64,000 nt of DNA from Spirochaetia bacterium (GCA_965198005.1 CBDAOI010000004.1:736001-800000), one strand, 5' to 3'; positions 13,081 through 23,518 are shown, counted from the first letter of the stretch. Notes: a model not told the origin generated them from the letters alone. Numbers and translations are program-made.

Positions 13081-13144
13081 GACAAGAAGCCGCACGAGAA
13101 CCTGCTGTATGGGTGAGACATGCGTGGCCTGCCGCAGGCGACCA

Positions 13145-13250
13145 CCCCAGCTGGGAATCTCGATCGGCAGGTCGAATCCAAGGAAGCTCAACGCCGCCTC
13201 CGAGATAATCACCCCGCCGCCGTTGATGCTGAAGACGACGATGATGCGAG
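13145..13250 (-). pseudogene. DppC-like permease fragment
   Basis: IIVVFSINGGGVIISEAALSFLGFDLPIEIPSWG, near-identical to part of 15368..16282. Confidence 0.8.
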
Positions 13251-13779
13251 CCGAATCGGTCACGTTTATGAGTCGGGGTCTATCGCTGTGGGTCTCTCGA
13301 CAGACGCCTCGCCGGCAAGGGCCACGAGGCGAGAGCAGAGTTCGTCCGACAGACGGTAACCGGTCGCCTGCAACGCGTCCAGGGCACCGGCAACGCTAGC
13401 GATCAAATTTCGTTGTTTGGCGGCGACGAGTACGCGCCCCGTGCCGATGATCGTGAGCTCATGATTCCGTGCGGCAATTCGACCGCGGCGTTCGTGTCGT
13501 CAGATCGGAACCTGCAGTTCGTCGTCGAGCTCGGCCGGCGGATAGTCAACGGCCACGGAACTGCTCGCCCAGGCCGGACGGTGTGAGGGACCAGCACACC
13601 ATCGGCTGCCTCGAATGGGCTCATACCGGTGTGCCTTCCCGCTGAATATTCCAACCGAGGGGAAACCGGCTGAGCTCACGCCATTGCTCCTCGCTGTACA
13701 ACAGCGCTGCAAACACCTGGTCGTATTCGCGTAGTCGGAGTATTCGGCGCTCCCCTCCCTCTACAATCTCTCTTGCCTG

Positions 13780-13833
13780 GGGTGGGTCAATTTCCGACCG
13801 GCGCCCTGGGTCACTTTCCGGCCGGTGTCAGCA
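13780..13833 (-). mobile_element. IS21-family terminal repeat remnant
   Basis: Minus strand TGCTGACACCGGCCGGAAAGTGACCC...GCCGGTCGGAAATTGACCCACC: TG end with two internal repeats; no istA/istB follows. Confidence 0.6.
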
Positions 13834-13930
13834 TACGTCGGACAGAATGGAGCGCAATCTCTTGCGCAACTTAGGCGAGAGCTTGCGAATGTCTTTCAGC
13901 GCTTGCTTGGTGATCCGGACCTCGTAGGTA
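13834..13930 (-). pseudogene. RelE/YoeB-type toxin N-terminal fragment
   Basis: YEVRITKQALKDIRKLSPKLRKRLRSIL, cut off by the IS21-like end. Confidence 0.65.
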
Positions 13931-14189
13931 GCTCTTTCCCATCAAACACCTCGTCGACTGAGTACGTCTGGCCGTTCGCTATTTCTTGGTCGGCTGCACG
14001 CACGCTTTCTTTGAGGCCCGCGACGGAGAGCAGCTCGAGCGTCTCGATGAGGTTCTCGTAGTCCACCTCCGACATCAGCACCGCACTCCCCTCGTTCGAG
14101 GTGATTCTGACCTGTCGATGCCCCCTGACCGTGTTCTTGATCAGATTGAGGAGCTCGGCTCGCGCGCTGCTCGCGGTGATCGTTTTCAT
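13896..14189 (-). CDS. Phd/YefM-family antitoxin
   Basis: MKTITASSARAELLNLI...SAVLMSEVDYENLIETLELLS. Confidence 0.88.
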   Translation of the reverse strand: MKTITASSARAELLNLIKNTVRGHRQVRITSNEGSAVLMSEVDYENLIETLELLSVAGLKESVRAADQEIANGQTYSVDEVFDGKELPTRSGSPSKR

Positions 14190-14588
14190 TGCACGTACGC
14201 AGTTATGTACAGCGCTCGAGGCGGAGGCGGCGGCGTCGGCGACTTCAGTGTGCAAAAGGCCGGGCCGAATATGGTGTCAAGCGCACCCCAACCCGCTCAA
14301 CGCGCTGCGTCACCGCTAGCCGGCGACTGGGGTGGATGGCGTCGGTGCCCATACGCCGAGGAGCAGGATCTGTGCACACACGGCTGCGCCGCGCTTAGGC
14401 GCACGCGCGGGCTTAGCAATGGCTCCTGCCCCGTGGATCGGGCGCACTTCAGTTGAGGCCCCCCAAAAAGGGCTGTTCAGAGAATCGTGTGCGTAGCCTG
14501 TAGCTGGGCGGCACCAGAATCGGAAGGTTGGCGAGGTGGTAGAGGCCCACCTCCTGTGGCATTGATACGGGAAATCGTACCGCGGCCG

Positions 14589-14849
14589 TTACTCCGCCAT
14601 CTCCCGCCCATCAGCGATGCGATCTGTGTCCTCTAGCGGTGCATCGGCCACGGCGGCGAGAGCCTCGGCAAATGCGCGCGGATCGTAGTTGGCCGCGGCG
14701 TCCCTGAAGAAATCCCGCGTCTCCTGTCGGATCACCTCGTTGTTCACCGACGTTACGACCAAGCTGTTCAGCGAAACACCTTCTTCCTTGGCGAGCGCTT
14801 TGAGTCGCCCATGGACGCGGTCGGGGAACCTCACTTGGATCGTCTTCAT
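14589..14849 (-). CDS. Ribbon-helix-helix (HicB-like) antitoxin
   Basis: IQVRFPDRVHGRLKALAKEEGVSLNSLV; AAGGAG RBS; downstream of PIN gene. Confidence 0.8.
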   Translation of the reverse strand: MKTIQVRFPDRVHGRLKALAKEEGVSLNSLVVTSVNNEVIRQETRDFFRDAAANYDPRAFAEALAAVADAPLEDTDRIADGREMAE

Positions 14850-14859
14850 GTCTCACTCC

Positions 14860-15288
14860 TTACTCGTCGGATGATACTCGTCGAATGAAGTCTCCAGGGC
14901 GTAGCACCTCTATGGGGTACTCGAGCTGCGGATTCTCGAAGTCGCCTACGTTGTGCGTAACGATAACTTCGGCATCGAAGTTCGCCGCACATTCGTACAC
15001 CATGTCATCGTTCGCGTCCCTGAGATTGGGGCGAAGCCGGTAGTAGATAGGAACCTCTTCGGTGTAGTGCGCAAGAGCCGCGAGGATTGCCTCCACCTGT
15101 CGCTCTTCAAGGCTCGTATTCCCCTCGGTGAGCGTCCTGATCAGCTGCGCCCGATACTCCAGAAACAGCGCCACCGACGTTCCAAAGTGGAAACGCCGGT
15201 GCGGGATCTCCGACAGAAGCGCGAAACTCGCGCCCTGACGACTCCGAACGGCTGAGACCCAGACACAAGTATCGATAACTACCCTGAT
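14860..15288 (-). CDS. PIN-family toxin with no canonical start codon
   Basis: Frame reads IRVVIDTCVWVSAVRSRQGAS...LFLEY...LRDANDDMVYECA...IVTHNVGDF; PIN N-terminus lies upstream of the ORF-track start. Confidence 0.8.
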   Translation of the reverse strand: MRVVIDTCVWVSAVRSRQGASFALLSEIPHRRFHFGTSVALFLEYRAQLIRTLTEGNTSLEERQVEAILAALAHYTEEVPIYYRLRPNLRDANDDMVYECAANFDAEVIVTHNVGDFENPQLEYPIEVLRPGDFIRRVSSDE

Positions 15289-15295
15289 GGCGGCA

Positions 15296-15325
15296 TATAT
15301 ACACCTGCAGATGCATCTGTGTCAA
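15296..15325 (-). promoter_or_regulatory. Sigma70-like promoter with palindromic operator for PIN/RHH pair
   Basis: TTGACA-N18-TATATA with palindrome CAGATGCATCTG in the spacer. Confidence 0.55.
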
Positions 15326-15367
15326 GGAACGCATGCGCGCGGGAACCAGCCGTGTTGTGGGCCCGCG

Positions 15368-16282
15368 TCAAGCCGACCGGGCGCCCGCGGCGCCATGGGC
15401 ACCCAGCCGCCCGGCGCCACCGACCAGCCGCGGGTCGAGGAGGTCGCGCACCGCGTCGCCGAGCATGTTCAGGCTGTACACGGTAACCGTCAGAGCCAGG
15501 CCGGGCCAAAAGGCGAGGTGTGGCGCCGCCTCCATATACTGGCGTCCCTCCCTGCTGAGTAGGCCACCCCAGCTGGGAACCTCGATCGGCAGGCCGAATC
15601 CAAGGAAGCTCAACGCCGCCTCCGAGATAATCACGCCGCCGACGTTGATACTGAAGACGACGATTATGGGAGCCGCGATATTGGGAAGCACATGGCGCAG
15701 CAGTATCTGCAATTTCGAGGCGCCAATCGCCAGCGCGGACTGAAAGTAGTCGTTCTCCTTTACCGCGATAACGGCGCTCCTGAGCACTCGCGAGCCGACG
15801 ATGCCTCCCGAGATGCCCAGCACCAGGATGAGCTGCAACAGCCCCTTTCCCAAGATGGATATGATGGTCAACAACAGCAGCAGTCCCGGGAACGACATCC
15901 AGGCATCGACGAACCGCTGCACCACCAGGTCCAGTCTGCCGCCGAGGAACCCTGAGGTGCCGCCTATCAGAACAGCGACCAGAACGTTGAGCGTGGTGGC
16001 GGCCAGACCCACCGTCAGGGAGATACGGGCGCCGTGGATGATGCGGCTCAGGAAGTCGCGCCCGAGGTGGTCGGTACCCAGCAGATACTGGGCTGATGAG
16101 CCCTGCAATCGGTCGGGCAGGTGCCTCTCACCATAGGGGTAGGGAGCGATCACGTCAGCGAAGACGGCCACCAGAATCAGGATCACTACGGCAATGCCGC
16201 TGGCCGTTCCCAGCGGTTTCTCCTTGACCAGCCGGGTCAAGAACCGCGTGCGCCCGCTGTTTTGACTGCTTTGACCCACCAC
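15368..16282 (-). CDS. ABC transporter permease (DppC/OppC-like)
   Basis: LLGTDHLGRDFLSRIIHGARISL, RHVLPN, EAALSFLG, GDAVRDLLDPR. Confidence 0.93.
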   Translation of the reverse strand: MVGQSSQNSGRTRFLTRLVKEKPLGTASGIAVVILILVAVFADVIAPYPYGERHLPDRLQGSSAQYLLGTDHLGRDFLSRIIHGARISLTVGLAATTLNVLVAVLIGGTSGFLGGRLDLVVQRFVDAWMSFPGLLLLLTIISILGKGLLQLILVLGISGGIVGSRVLRSAVIAVKENDYFQSALAIGASKLQILLRHVLPNIAAPIIVVFSINVGGVIISEAALSFLGFGLPIEVPSWGGLLSREGRQYMEAAPHLAFWPGLALTVTVYSLNMLGDAVRDLLDPRLVGGAGRLGAHGAAGARSA

Positions 16283-16293
16283 TGTTTGACCGC

Positions 16294-17237
16294 CTACTGG
16301 TAGCGGACCCGGGGATCCAGGACCGCATAGACCAGGTCAATCATCAGGTTGATCCCCATCACCGCGCTGCCGAACACCAGGTTGATGCCGGCGACCACCG
16401 GGAAGTCTCGGTCGTTGAGAGCCACCAGCATCAGACGACCCAACCCGGGCAGGTTGAAGATGTTCTCGATGATGACGGCACCACCCACCAGGATGGGCAA
16501 CTGCAGGCCGATCATCGTAACCACCGGAATGAGGACATTCTTGACCGCATGCCGCACCACCACCACCCGCTCCTTCAGGCCCTTGGACCACGCCGTCCTG
16601 ATGTAGTCCTGCCGCAGCACCTCCAGCATCATCGTGCGCGTCATCCGCATGGTAGCCGCAGCCAGGTAGGTCCCCAGAATCAGACTCGGAATCAGGAACA
16701 TGCCCAGATTCCCCAGCGGGTCTTCGCTGAACGTGATCAGCCGCATCGGCGGCGACCAGCCCCACCAGATGGCCGGGTAGATCATGACCATGAGGGCGAG
16801 CCAGAAGTTGGGCGTTGCCAGGCCCAGGATGGCGATGGAGCGGCCGGCGTAGTCGACCGCCGTATCCTGGCGAATTGCCGAGTAGATGCCGACCGGCAGG
16901 GCTATCGACAGCCCGATGACGATTGCCATGACACCCAGCTCAATGGTTACCGGCAATCTACCGAGAATCTTCTCCTCTACCGCCCAATCGCCCATCAGTG
17001 AGCGCCCAAGGGTGCCGTATCTCCCAACCAGCGGCCATACTGCACGTAGACCGGCTGGTCCAGTCCCAGCATGCGCTCGAGCGCTTCTCGGTCCACCCGC
17101 CCGTGGCCTGCCAACTGACTTTGCATGACGTCGATGACATCGCCGGGGATGAAGCGGACCGAGAGAAAGACCAGGATGCTCAGGATGAACAGGGTGGGGA
17201 TGATCAGCAACAACCGCCTGATGATGTGGGCTCTCAT
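16294..17237 (-). pseudogene. ABC transporter permease (DppB/OppB-like), frameshifted near 17020
   Basis: N-terminal ORF 16995..17237 (IRRLL, IPGD, LGLDQPVYVQY) and C-terminal ORF 16294..16995 (RLPVTIEL, QDYIRTAWSKG) in different frames. Confidence 0.85.
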
Positions 17238-17288
17238 ATGCTAGAGCGCCTGTGCCGCCTCATCGCGATCTTCCCGTCGTTGCACCCT

Positions 17289-17316
17289 GGAGGGGGACAA
17301 TCCCTTGTCCCCCTCC
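17289..17316. other. Intercistronic stem-loop after SBP gene
   Basis: GGAGGGGGACAA-TCCC-TTGTCCCCCTCC, perfect 12-bp stem. Confidence 0.65.
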
Positions 17317-17326
17317 GGAGAGAGGG

Positions 17327-19132
17327 CTAATATCCCATTTCTGCCTTCAGCTCACTATCAATCCAGAGGCGCGGGAGGACGGTGAGGCGGTCCATAAATC
17401 CAAGCAACGTTTCACCGTTAAATCCGACGACCCACGGCTGGTTCGCCATGTATTTTCCAGCTTTAGGACCCCATATCCACCAGTGGTTCTCCATGGTGTA
17501 CATATCCACCTCTTTGACCAGCCTCTGTTGCTCCTCAATGGAAGTAGTGGCTTGGGCGGCGTCGAGAAGGGAGTCCAACTCAGGGTACCTGATTCCGTGT
17601 AACTCTTCGTGGCTGCTCGAGTGTACCAGGCTGCGTACCATACGAATCGGGGCGCCATTCCAGCCCAGAGGTGTCCACATCAGACCTTCCCAAGTACGGT
17701 CCTTTCGAGCAGCAGCATTGGCAGCTCCATCCAATGGGTTGATCTCCACATCAACGCCAATCTCAGCCCAGTAGGTAGCAGTTAGTTCGCTGTAGCCTAA
17801 ATCCAAGCTAGCAGGAAGGGTCAGTGTGGTCTTGAATCGAATGCCGTCCGCCCCGCGCGGATATCCGGCCTCGTCCAGCAAAGCTTCCGCCCCTGCCGGA
17901 TCGTACCGATAGCCCTTCTTGACCTCTTCGGGCCACTCTTCAAAGGGAGTGAAATACCCGCCGATGGCTTCCCCTACTATACCCTGAGGCTGCCACAGTG
18001 CAGTGCCCTTGTAGAAGTCGCGGTCAATGCCCTCGAGGTCTATTGCCATCTGCATGGCCCGGCGCACCCTGACGTCGTCAAAGGGTGGCTTGCTCGCGTC
18101 CAGAACATAAGTGTTTTCGGAACGATCCCACCACGGTTGCAGCACGATTTCGGGGTTGTTCTTCCGGAGGCTCTCGAGCACGTCGACCGATGTGATATCA
18201 GCGGTACCAGCAGGGAAACCCAGGAAATCAATCTTACCGGCGCGCAGTCCCGCGATGTAGGTCGCTTCCTCTGCGATGAAAAGGCCATGTATCTCGTCAA
18301 TATAGGGTAGACGATTCCCCGGGTACTTCTCGTCGTCTTTCCAGTAGTCAGGATTCTTCTGCAAGGTAAAAGAGCTGCCGTCGGTCCAGTCGGTGACGGA
18401 ATAGGGCCCGGTACCGACCAGGTTCCTCCAGTCCTTCACGTCACCGTGCTCCTTGATGACCTCGGGCGCGTTTATATAGGTGAGGCTCTGGCCGAGATAC
18501 TGTGCAAGCGCTGCGTTACTGGGCTCCGCCAGCTTGATAACAACCGTGTATCGGTCGGTGGCCGTTACCGACTCGCCAGGTGGCAGCTGCCACGTAAGGG
18601 CGGTCGGTCCGGCTTCCGCAAAGTCGCCCAGGCCCAGCATGCGCTGAAAGTTGAATACGACATCATCAGCGGTTAGTTCTCTCCCATCCATCGGCGCCTT
18701 GTTTTGCCATTTAATACCTTTGCGGATCTTGAAGATAATCGTGAGTGGGTCGGGAGTGTCCCAGCTCTCAGCCAGATGCGGTCTAAAGAGGGATAGAGGC
18801 AGGTACTGGCTACTGAACGAAAATATGTCCCTATCTATTGCCCAGTCCATGATTCCCAGCTTCTCTGTGGTGGCACCGGTGACCAGTGTTGGGACATGGC
18901 TGAAATGGGTGTCAGCATTAAATGGCATCCAGGTGGCGTTCGTTGCAACGATCAATGTCCCGCCATACTCTGGTGCCACCACCACCTTGCCGGTGGTGGG
19001 GTCGGTCACATACTTCTTGTCGGCAGCGGCTGCCGGCTCCTCCTCTGCGCCAGCCGCCCACAGCCCGGTTGCGGTCAGCATGAGGCCACACAGCACTGCG
19101 AGCCCCGTCTTAAATAGAATTGTCTGTCTCAT
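17327..19132 (-). CDS. ABC transporter family-5 substrate-binding protein
   Basis: 601 aa, signal peptide, PHLAESW, GTGPY, VRRAMQMAID; GGAGG RBS; upstream of permeases. Confidence 0.93.
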   Translation of the reverse strand: MRQTILFKTGLAVLCGLMLTATGLWAAGAEEEPAAAADKKYVTDPTTGKVVVAPEYGGTLIVATNATWMPFNADTHFSHVPTLVTGATTEKLGIMDWAIDRDIFSFSSQYLPLSLFRPHLAESWDTPDPLTIIFKIRKGIKWQNKAPMDGRELTADDVVFNFQRMLGLGDFAEAGPTALTWQLPPGESVTATDRYTVVIKLAEPSNAALAQYLGQSLTYINAPEVIKEHGDVKDWRNLVGTGPYSVTDWTDGSSFTLQKNPDYWKDDEKYPGNRLPYIDEIHGLFIAEEATYIAGLRAGKIDFLGFPAGTADITSVDVLESLRKNNPEIVLQPWWDRSENTYVLDASKPPFDDVRVRRAMQMAIDLEGIDRDFYKGTALWQPQGIVGEAIGGYFTPFEEWPEEVKKGYRYDPAGAEALLDEAGYPRGADGIRFKTTLTLPASLDLGYSELTATYWAEIGVDVEINPLDGAANAAARKDRTWEGLMWTPLGWNGAPIRMVRSLVHSSSHEELHGIRYPELDSLLDAAQATTSIEEQQRLVKEVDMYTMENHWWIWGPKAGKYMANQPWVVGFNGETLLGFMDRLTVLPRLWIDSELKAEMGY

Positions 19133-19461
19133 AGAGATAGACCTCCAAAAAATATTGTTTGAGAGCAGTCATTCCACTGCCGGCCCCTCGCCTGCTCCAT
19201 TCGAGCGAGGGCGACACCCCTTAGCGGCGCAGCCGCCCGGTCTCTGCGTTATTCCTTTACCCCGTACCTCCTTTGACGCGCGCCACGCCGTGGTGGCGGT
19301 CGTACAGCCGGTAGATACGGCGTGGTAGCGGTTGCGACGCGTCGACGCCTCGCGGTGACGACGTCGACCGGCGGACGCGCGGAAACGTGCGGCTGTGCGC
19401 CACACGGATCGATACCGCCGCGCTCAGCACCGGCGCCGAGCGGCTGGCTGTCGCGCGGTTA

Positions 19462-19493
19462 GGTAGTCGGGTAGTCGGGTAGTCGGGTAGTCG
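19462..19493. repeat. 8-bp tandem repeat (GGTAGTCG)x4
   Basis: Four perfect copies. Confidence 0.9.
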
Positions 19494-19547
19494 GGTGACC
19501 GCTAGCCGGCGGCTGGGCTGGATGGCGTCGGTGCCCATACGCGGACG

Positions 19548-19577
19548 AGTATAAAGGCGCGTCCAAATCCGTGTCAA
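19548..19577 (-). promoter_or_regulatory. Sigma70-like promoter pointing toward the SBP/permease operon
   Basis: TTGACA-N18-TATACT on the minus strand. Confidence 0.55.
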
Positions 19578-19980
19578 GCACGACCCACCGCGTTCAGCAA
19601 TTCTCGGTGAACGGCTGGTAGAGGGGCAGAGTGTCATAAGCTCAAGCTCTCCGTATGTGAAATGCGACCATGCCCACCTGTTGGCCCACCGCGTGAACGC
19701 ACGACCCATAATACCCATTCCACCCGTGAACGGCAAGCACCGGACGCCCCGACCCGGAAGAAATTCTGTAACTGATTGCAGGTGATGTATTTAGCCACCG
19801 TCAAGCCAGCCCGGTGCGATGACCTGACCACCGTCAGCCACCGCCGGTCGGCCGATTCTGCGGGCTGGCGCGGTGCGGCGATCGGCCTTCGGGGGCGGTG
19901 CTCAGCCGCGGCCGGCACACCTGCGCCGCGGCCCTCGTCAGGGATCGTTCAGGGAGCAGGTTCAGTTCTCCAGGGAGCGG

Positions 19981-20240
19981 CTACCCGGACAGCGGCTGAG
20001 GCGGCGAGTTCATGCGCACCAACACTTGGTCCCACGAGGTAAACAGAAACAGCCGGAAGGCGGAGCGCACCTCGTCCCAGAATGCGCGGCGGGAACTGAA
20101 GAAGGTGCGGACCCGCTGGTACAGGCCGTCGACCAAGTCAAAGATCTGGTGCATGAGGAACGCCAGCAGATTAAGCACGAAGAACGCCTCCGACAGGTGC
20201 TGGTGGCCGTGGCCGAAGTTATGCTCCAGGTGGTAGCTGT
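19981..20240 (-). pseudogene. ISNCY-type transposase C-terminal fragment
   Basis: YHLEHNFGHGHQHLSEAFFVLNLLAFLMHQIFD. Confidence 0.7.
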
Positions 20241-20389
20241 CGGGTCTCACAATGTTCTGCAAGGATTTCTCCCGGTAATCTGGAGTCCACATTATTCTGG
20301 GGAATGGGCTCGGAAGTTGGCGTTCCGTTCCGAGCGCGTCCCTGGTGCGGAACGGGGGAACGGGGAACAGCGGCAGAGACACAGGGTGG

Positions 20390-20860
20390 TCACGCTGGCA
20401 GGTGCCAGCCGTGAGGGCCGCGGACGGCGAGGCCGCGCTGTTCGAGGGTTTGCAGGGCGCCACCGAGACGGGCGTTGTTGACGCGCAACTGTTGGCGCAG
20501 GGCGGTCCTGGAGAGCGGCTGGTCGGCGCTGCGGAGGGTAGCGCGCACCGCCTCGGGCAGCGGGGGCGGCGCGGCGGCGGCACGGTCGACGAGCAGCGAG
20601 AGCGGCGTCTCACCGCCGCCTGAGAGGCGCAGCAGGAGGGGATCGGGTGCGGGAGCACAGCGGTGCTCGACGGTGAGTTGCAGACGGTCGTCGGCGCGCC
20701 GCAGCAGATAGCAGGCGGAGTCGGTCCAGGCGTGCAGATCGGAGGAGCCGCGCAGGGACTGGCCGAGATTGCGGCGGGAACGCTTTGCCATGTGGTGGAC
20801 GAGGACCACAGCGAGTTGATAGCGGCGGTTGAGGGCGCGCAGAAAACCGAGCAGAGAAGA
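20390..20860 (-). pseudogene. AAA/RecA-like ATPase C-terminal fragment (mobile-element type)
   Basis: LLGFLRALNRRYQLAVVLVHH...GQSLRGSSDLHAW; N-terminus missing next to IS1182. Confidence 0.65.
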
Positions 20861-20905
20861 GATGTCTGAAGCGCTGTTCTCGTCGAGACAATGAAGTCGG
20901 ACTAG

Positions 20906-22777
20906 GAGTCTGTCGGAGTCATGGTCGCGGGGTTACGAAGTGAGCGAGCCGAGGGGAACGCCGTAGGCGGCCGCCTAGCTCGCCAGCGCTTGGTTGCGCT
21001 CGGTCGGGTGCCCAAAGCAGCCCTGCGGGAGGGATTGAGGCCCTGCGGGAGGGATCGTGATGCCAGCAACACCCTCCAAGGTGTCTCCGGCGCCCGTTCC
21101 GGTGCCACAGCTCGTCCACCGGGACCCACTGACCCCACTTATCCTCCTGCCAGGGCATACATCCGCTTCAGATTCCACGCCGTGCACACCAGACTCCATT
21201 CCCCCTCGGCGCCGCGTAACCCGCGCAGATGAAAGCGCCGGAATCCCAGCACCTCCTTGATCACCCCGAACACCGTCTCCACCGTGGACTTCCGCTTGCT
21301 ATAGATCGCCTTCCCCTCAGCCGTCTGCAAACGATGCTTCATCGCCGTCACCGCATCCGCATCAGCAGGACACTCCGGGGGTGCCTTGAGACGATCTTCC
21401 AGCGGCTGGTTGTGGCGTTCCCGGCTCCCCGCGATATACGGCTCGATGTCCTGTTCCACGCACCGATCCACGTTCTCTTTGCTGTGGTACCCGGCATCCG
21501 CCACCAGCGCCTCCGGCTTGCCCAGCTCGTCTGCCACCTTTCCCAACTCGGTCAGCGCCGGCGCCACTTCCTGCTTGTCGTTGGCCGCTTGGCTGACGTG
21601 GTTGCCCACCACCATGTGACTGTCATGCTCCACCACCGCTTGCGCGTTGAAACCCTGTATGAACTCCCCGTTCGCGCCCGGCATGATCCGTGATTCTTCA
21701 TCCGTGAAGTTCACTTGGTCCTTGTCTTTCGGTCCTGCTTCCGGCTCCTGCGGCGGCTCCCTCCCAGGCTTCTTACCAGTCGCTGCTTCCCGTTCCTGCC
21801 GTCGCTTCAGCTTCGCTTCGTACTCCGCCCGCTCCGCCGCATGCCGCTCCTGCGCCCGCTCCTTTATCTTCTCCTGCGCTTCCCGAATCGCCGCCAGCCG
21901 CTCCTCCCGGCGCTGTAATTCTTCCGGGATGTCCAGCTCCTGCTGTTCCTGCTCCCCCTCCTGGTCCGCTCGCTGCGCCAACTCCAGCAGCTTCTCTACC
22001 TCCCCCTCCAACTGCCGCTCCAGCTTCGTAGCATGCCCCCAGCTCATCGCTTTGTGCTTGCTCGCGTTCCCCTGCACCTTCGTCCCATCCAGGCTCACCC
22101 GTCCCAGCCGCAGCGTCCCCAGCGTCTTCGCCAGCACCAGAATCTGCTTGAACAGCCCTTGTAACTCCGCCAGAAACCGCTTGCGAAAATTCGCTATCGT
22201 ATCATGGTCCGGATGCTCATCTCCGCTGATGTAGCGAAACGCCACCGAATCGTACGTCGCCTGCTCCAGCTTCCGGCTCGAAAACACTCCAGTGGCGTAG
22301 CCGTAGAACAACAGCGCCACCAGCATGGCCGGATGATACGCCTGCTTGCCGCCGCTACCTCCATACTGGCTCGTTATTTCACCGAGCTCCAGTTGCTCTA
22401 CAATATCAACTACAAAACGCGCCATGTGCCGCTCCGGTAGCCACTCTTGAATGGACGCCGGCAGCAGCATCGGCGTGTCTCGATCAAGCGCACGAAAATC
22501 CTCGGCCATGAACACCTCGTGTGCAGAGTATGTGCCTGCAAGACTAACCTAAATCAATAACCATGTCCAGCCATCACCGCATCAGTGCAGCACGCTATTC
22601 CGGGTCCGTGATGGGCACTCTCGACTAATCCATGTGGCCATCCCTTCTGATCAAGGGGCCGCACAACCCAACGATCCGTGAGAACATGAATTCATACAGC
22701 CGCTCACAGCCGCTACTCTCTCTGGAGACCGCTGCCAGTCCCTTCCACCTGCTCCGTACGGTCAATCCGACAGACTC
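20906..22777 (-). mobile_element. IS1182-family insertion sequence, apparently complete
   Basis: TIRs GAGTCTGTCGGA / TCCGACAGACTC flanked by CTAG direct repeats at 20902-20905 and 22778-22781. Confidence 0.9.
21139..22509 (-). CDS. IS1182-family transposase
   Basis: YHPAMLVALLFYGYATGVFSSRKLE, PDHDTIANFR, LDGTK, ADAGY, RKSTVETVFG. Confidence 0.93.
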   Translation of the reverse strand: MAEDFRALDRDTPMLLPASIQEWLPERHMARFVVDIVEQLELGEITSQYGGSGGKQAYHPAMLVALLFYGYATGVFSSRKLEQATYDSVAFRYISGDEHPDHDTIANFRKRFLAELQGLFKQILVLAKTLGTLRLGRVSLDGTKVQGNASKHKAMSWGHATKLERQLEGEVEKLLELAQRADQEGEQEQQELDIPEELQRREERLAAIREAQEKIKERAQERHAAERAEYEAKLKRRQEREAATGKKPGREPPQEPEAGPKDKDQVNFTDEESRIMPGANGEFIQGFNAQAVVEHDSHMVVGNHVSQAANDKQEVAPALTELGKVADELGKPEALVADAGYHSKENVDRCVEQDIEPYIAGSRERHNQPLEDRLKAPPECPADADAVTAMKHRLQTAEGKAIYSKRKSTVETVFGVIKEVLGFRRFHLRGLRGAEGEWSLVCTAWNLKRMYALAGG

Positions 22778-23034
22778 CTAGTGACGGTTGGCCGGTAGTG
22801 CCCGCGTGGATGGTGGCGGCGTGAGAGGTAGCGCTGCTCGCTCCTTGACCTGTTGCTCGACTGGGCCGACGACGAAGGCACCCGCTGTCGCAGCAGCTCG
22901 AATGGTCAGACCCCGATTGTCTCCGCAGCGATCACGCTCTGGTCAAGCGCAGCTCGCTGGTGGTGCTGTTCCCGAGCGGCCTGCCGACCGGCAGTGGGGT
23001 CCAGGCTCGCGGCTTGCGTATCGCTCGGCGCTCT

Positions 23035-23411
23035 ACCATATACCTGTGGGAGTCCGCCGTGAAGGAGGTATCGCCCGAGGTCGAGGTCCGGGAGCTCCGC
23101 GGTCGTGAGCGGGAACAGGTTGGCTTGCCAAGCGCGCCCGCCGAGCAGGTTCACGCCGCCGCGCTTGAGCTTGCGGCCGCTGGAGCCGCTCAGCACGAAG
23201 TGAATCCCCTTCGTCTCGATCAGATCGTGCACCTCAGCCGCGACGGATTCTCGGCAAGCGGCAGGTACACGCTGCTGCGCAGGAGATTGATGATCGCGCG
23301 CGAGTTGAATTGCGTGCGCAGCAGTGTGGTCTTGCCGGTACTTCTGGGACCGAACAAGAACATCGACTTGCGCGTGGCAAGCTGCCTGACGTCCAGCGTG
23401 CGCGGGTACAC
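23035..23411 (-). pseudogene. AAA+ ATP-binding protein (AAA_14/DUF4143 type) fragments
   Basis: FLFGPRSTGKTT, then shifted frame FVLSGSSGRKL...LLGGRA...HGGLP; Walker B region deleted and C-terminus missing. Confidence 0.75.
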
Positions 23412-23498
23412 GAAGCTGTAGACTATCGGTACCGGGATACAAAATCAACGCCGCAGCCGCTGATTTTCGCGTTAATTCATCGGCGGGGCTGCGGACCA

Positions 23499-23518
23499 CT
23501 AGCTAGCTAGCTAGCTAG
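23499..23518. repeat. (CTAG)x5 tandem run
   Basis: CTAGCTAGCTAGCTAGCTAG. Confidence 0.95.

Noticed and set aside
13400-13740. Short ORFs beside the IS21-like end
   Set aside because: Could not assign to istA/istB or any family
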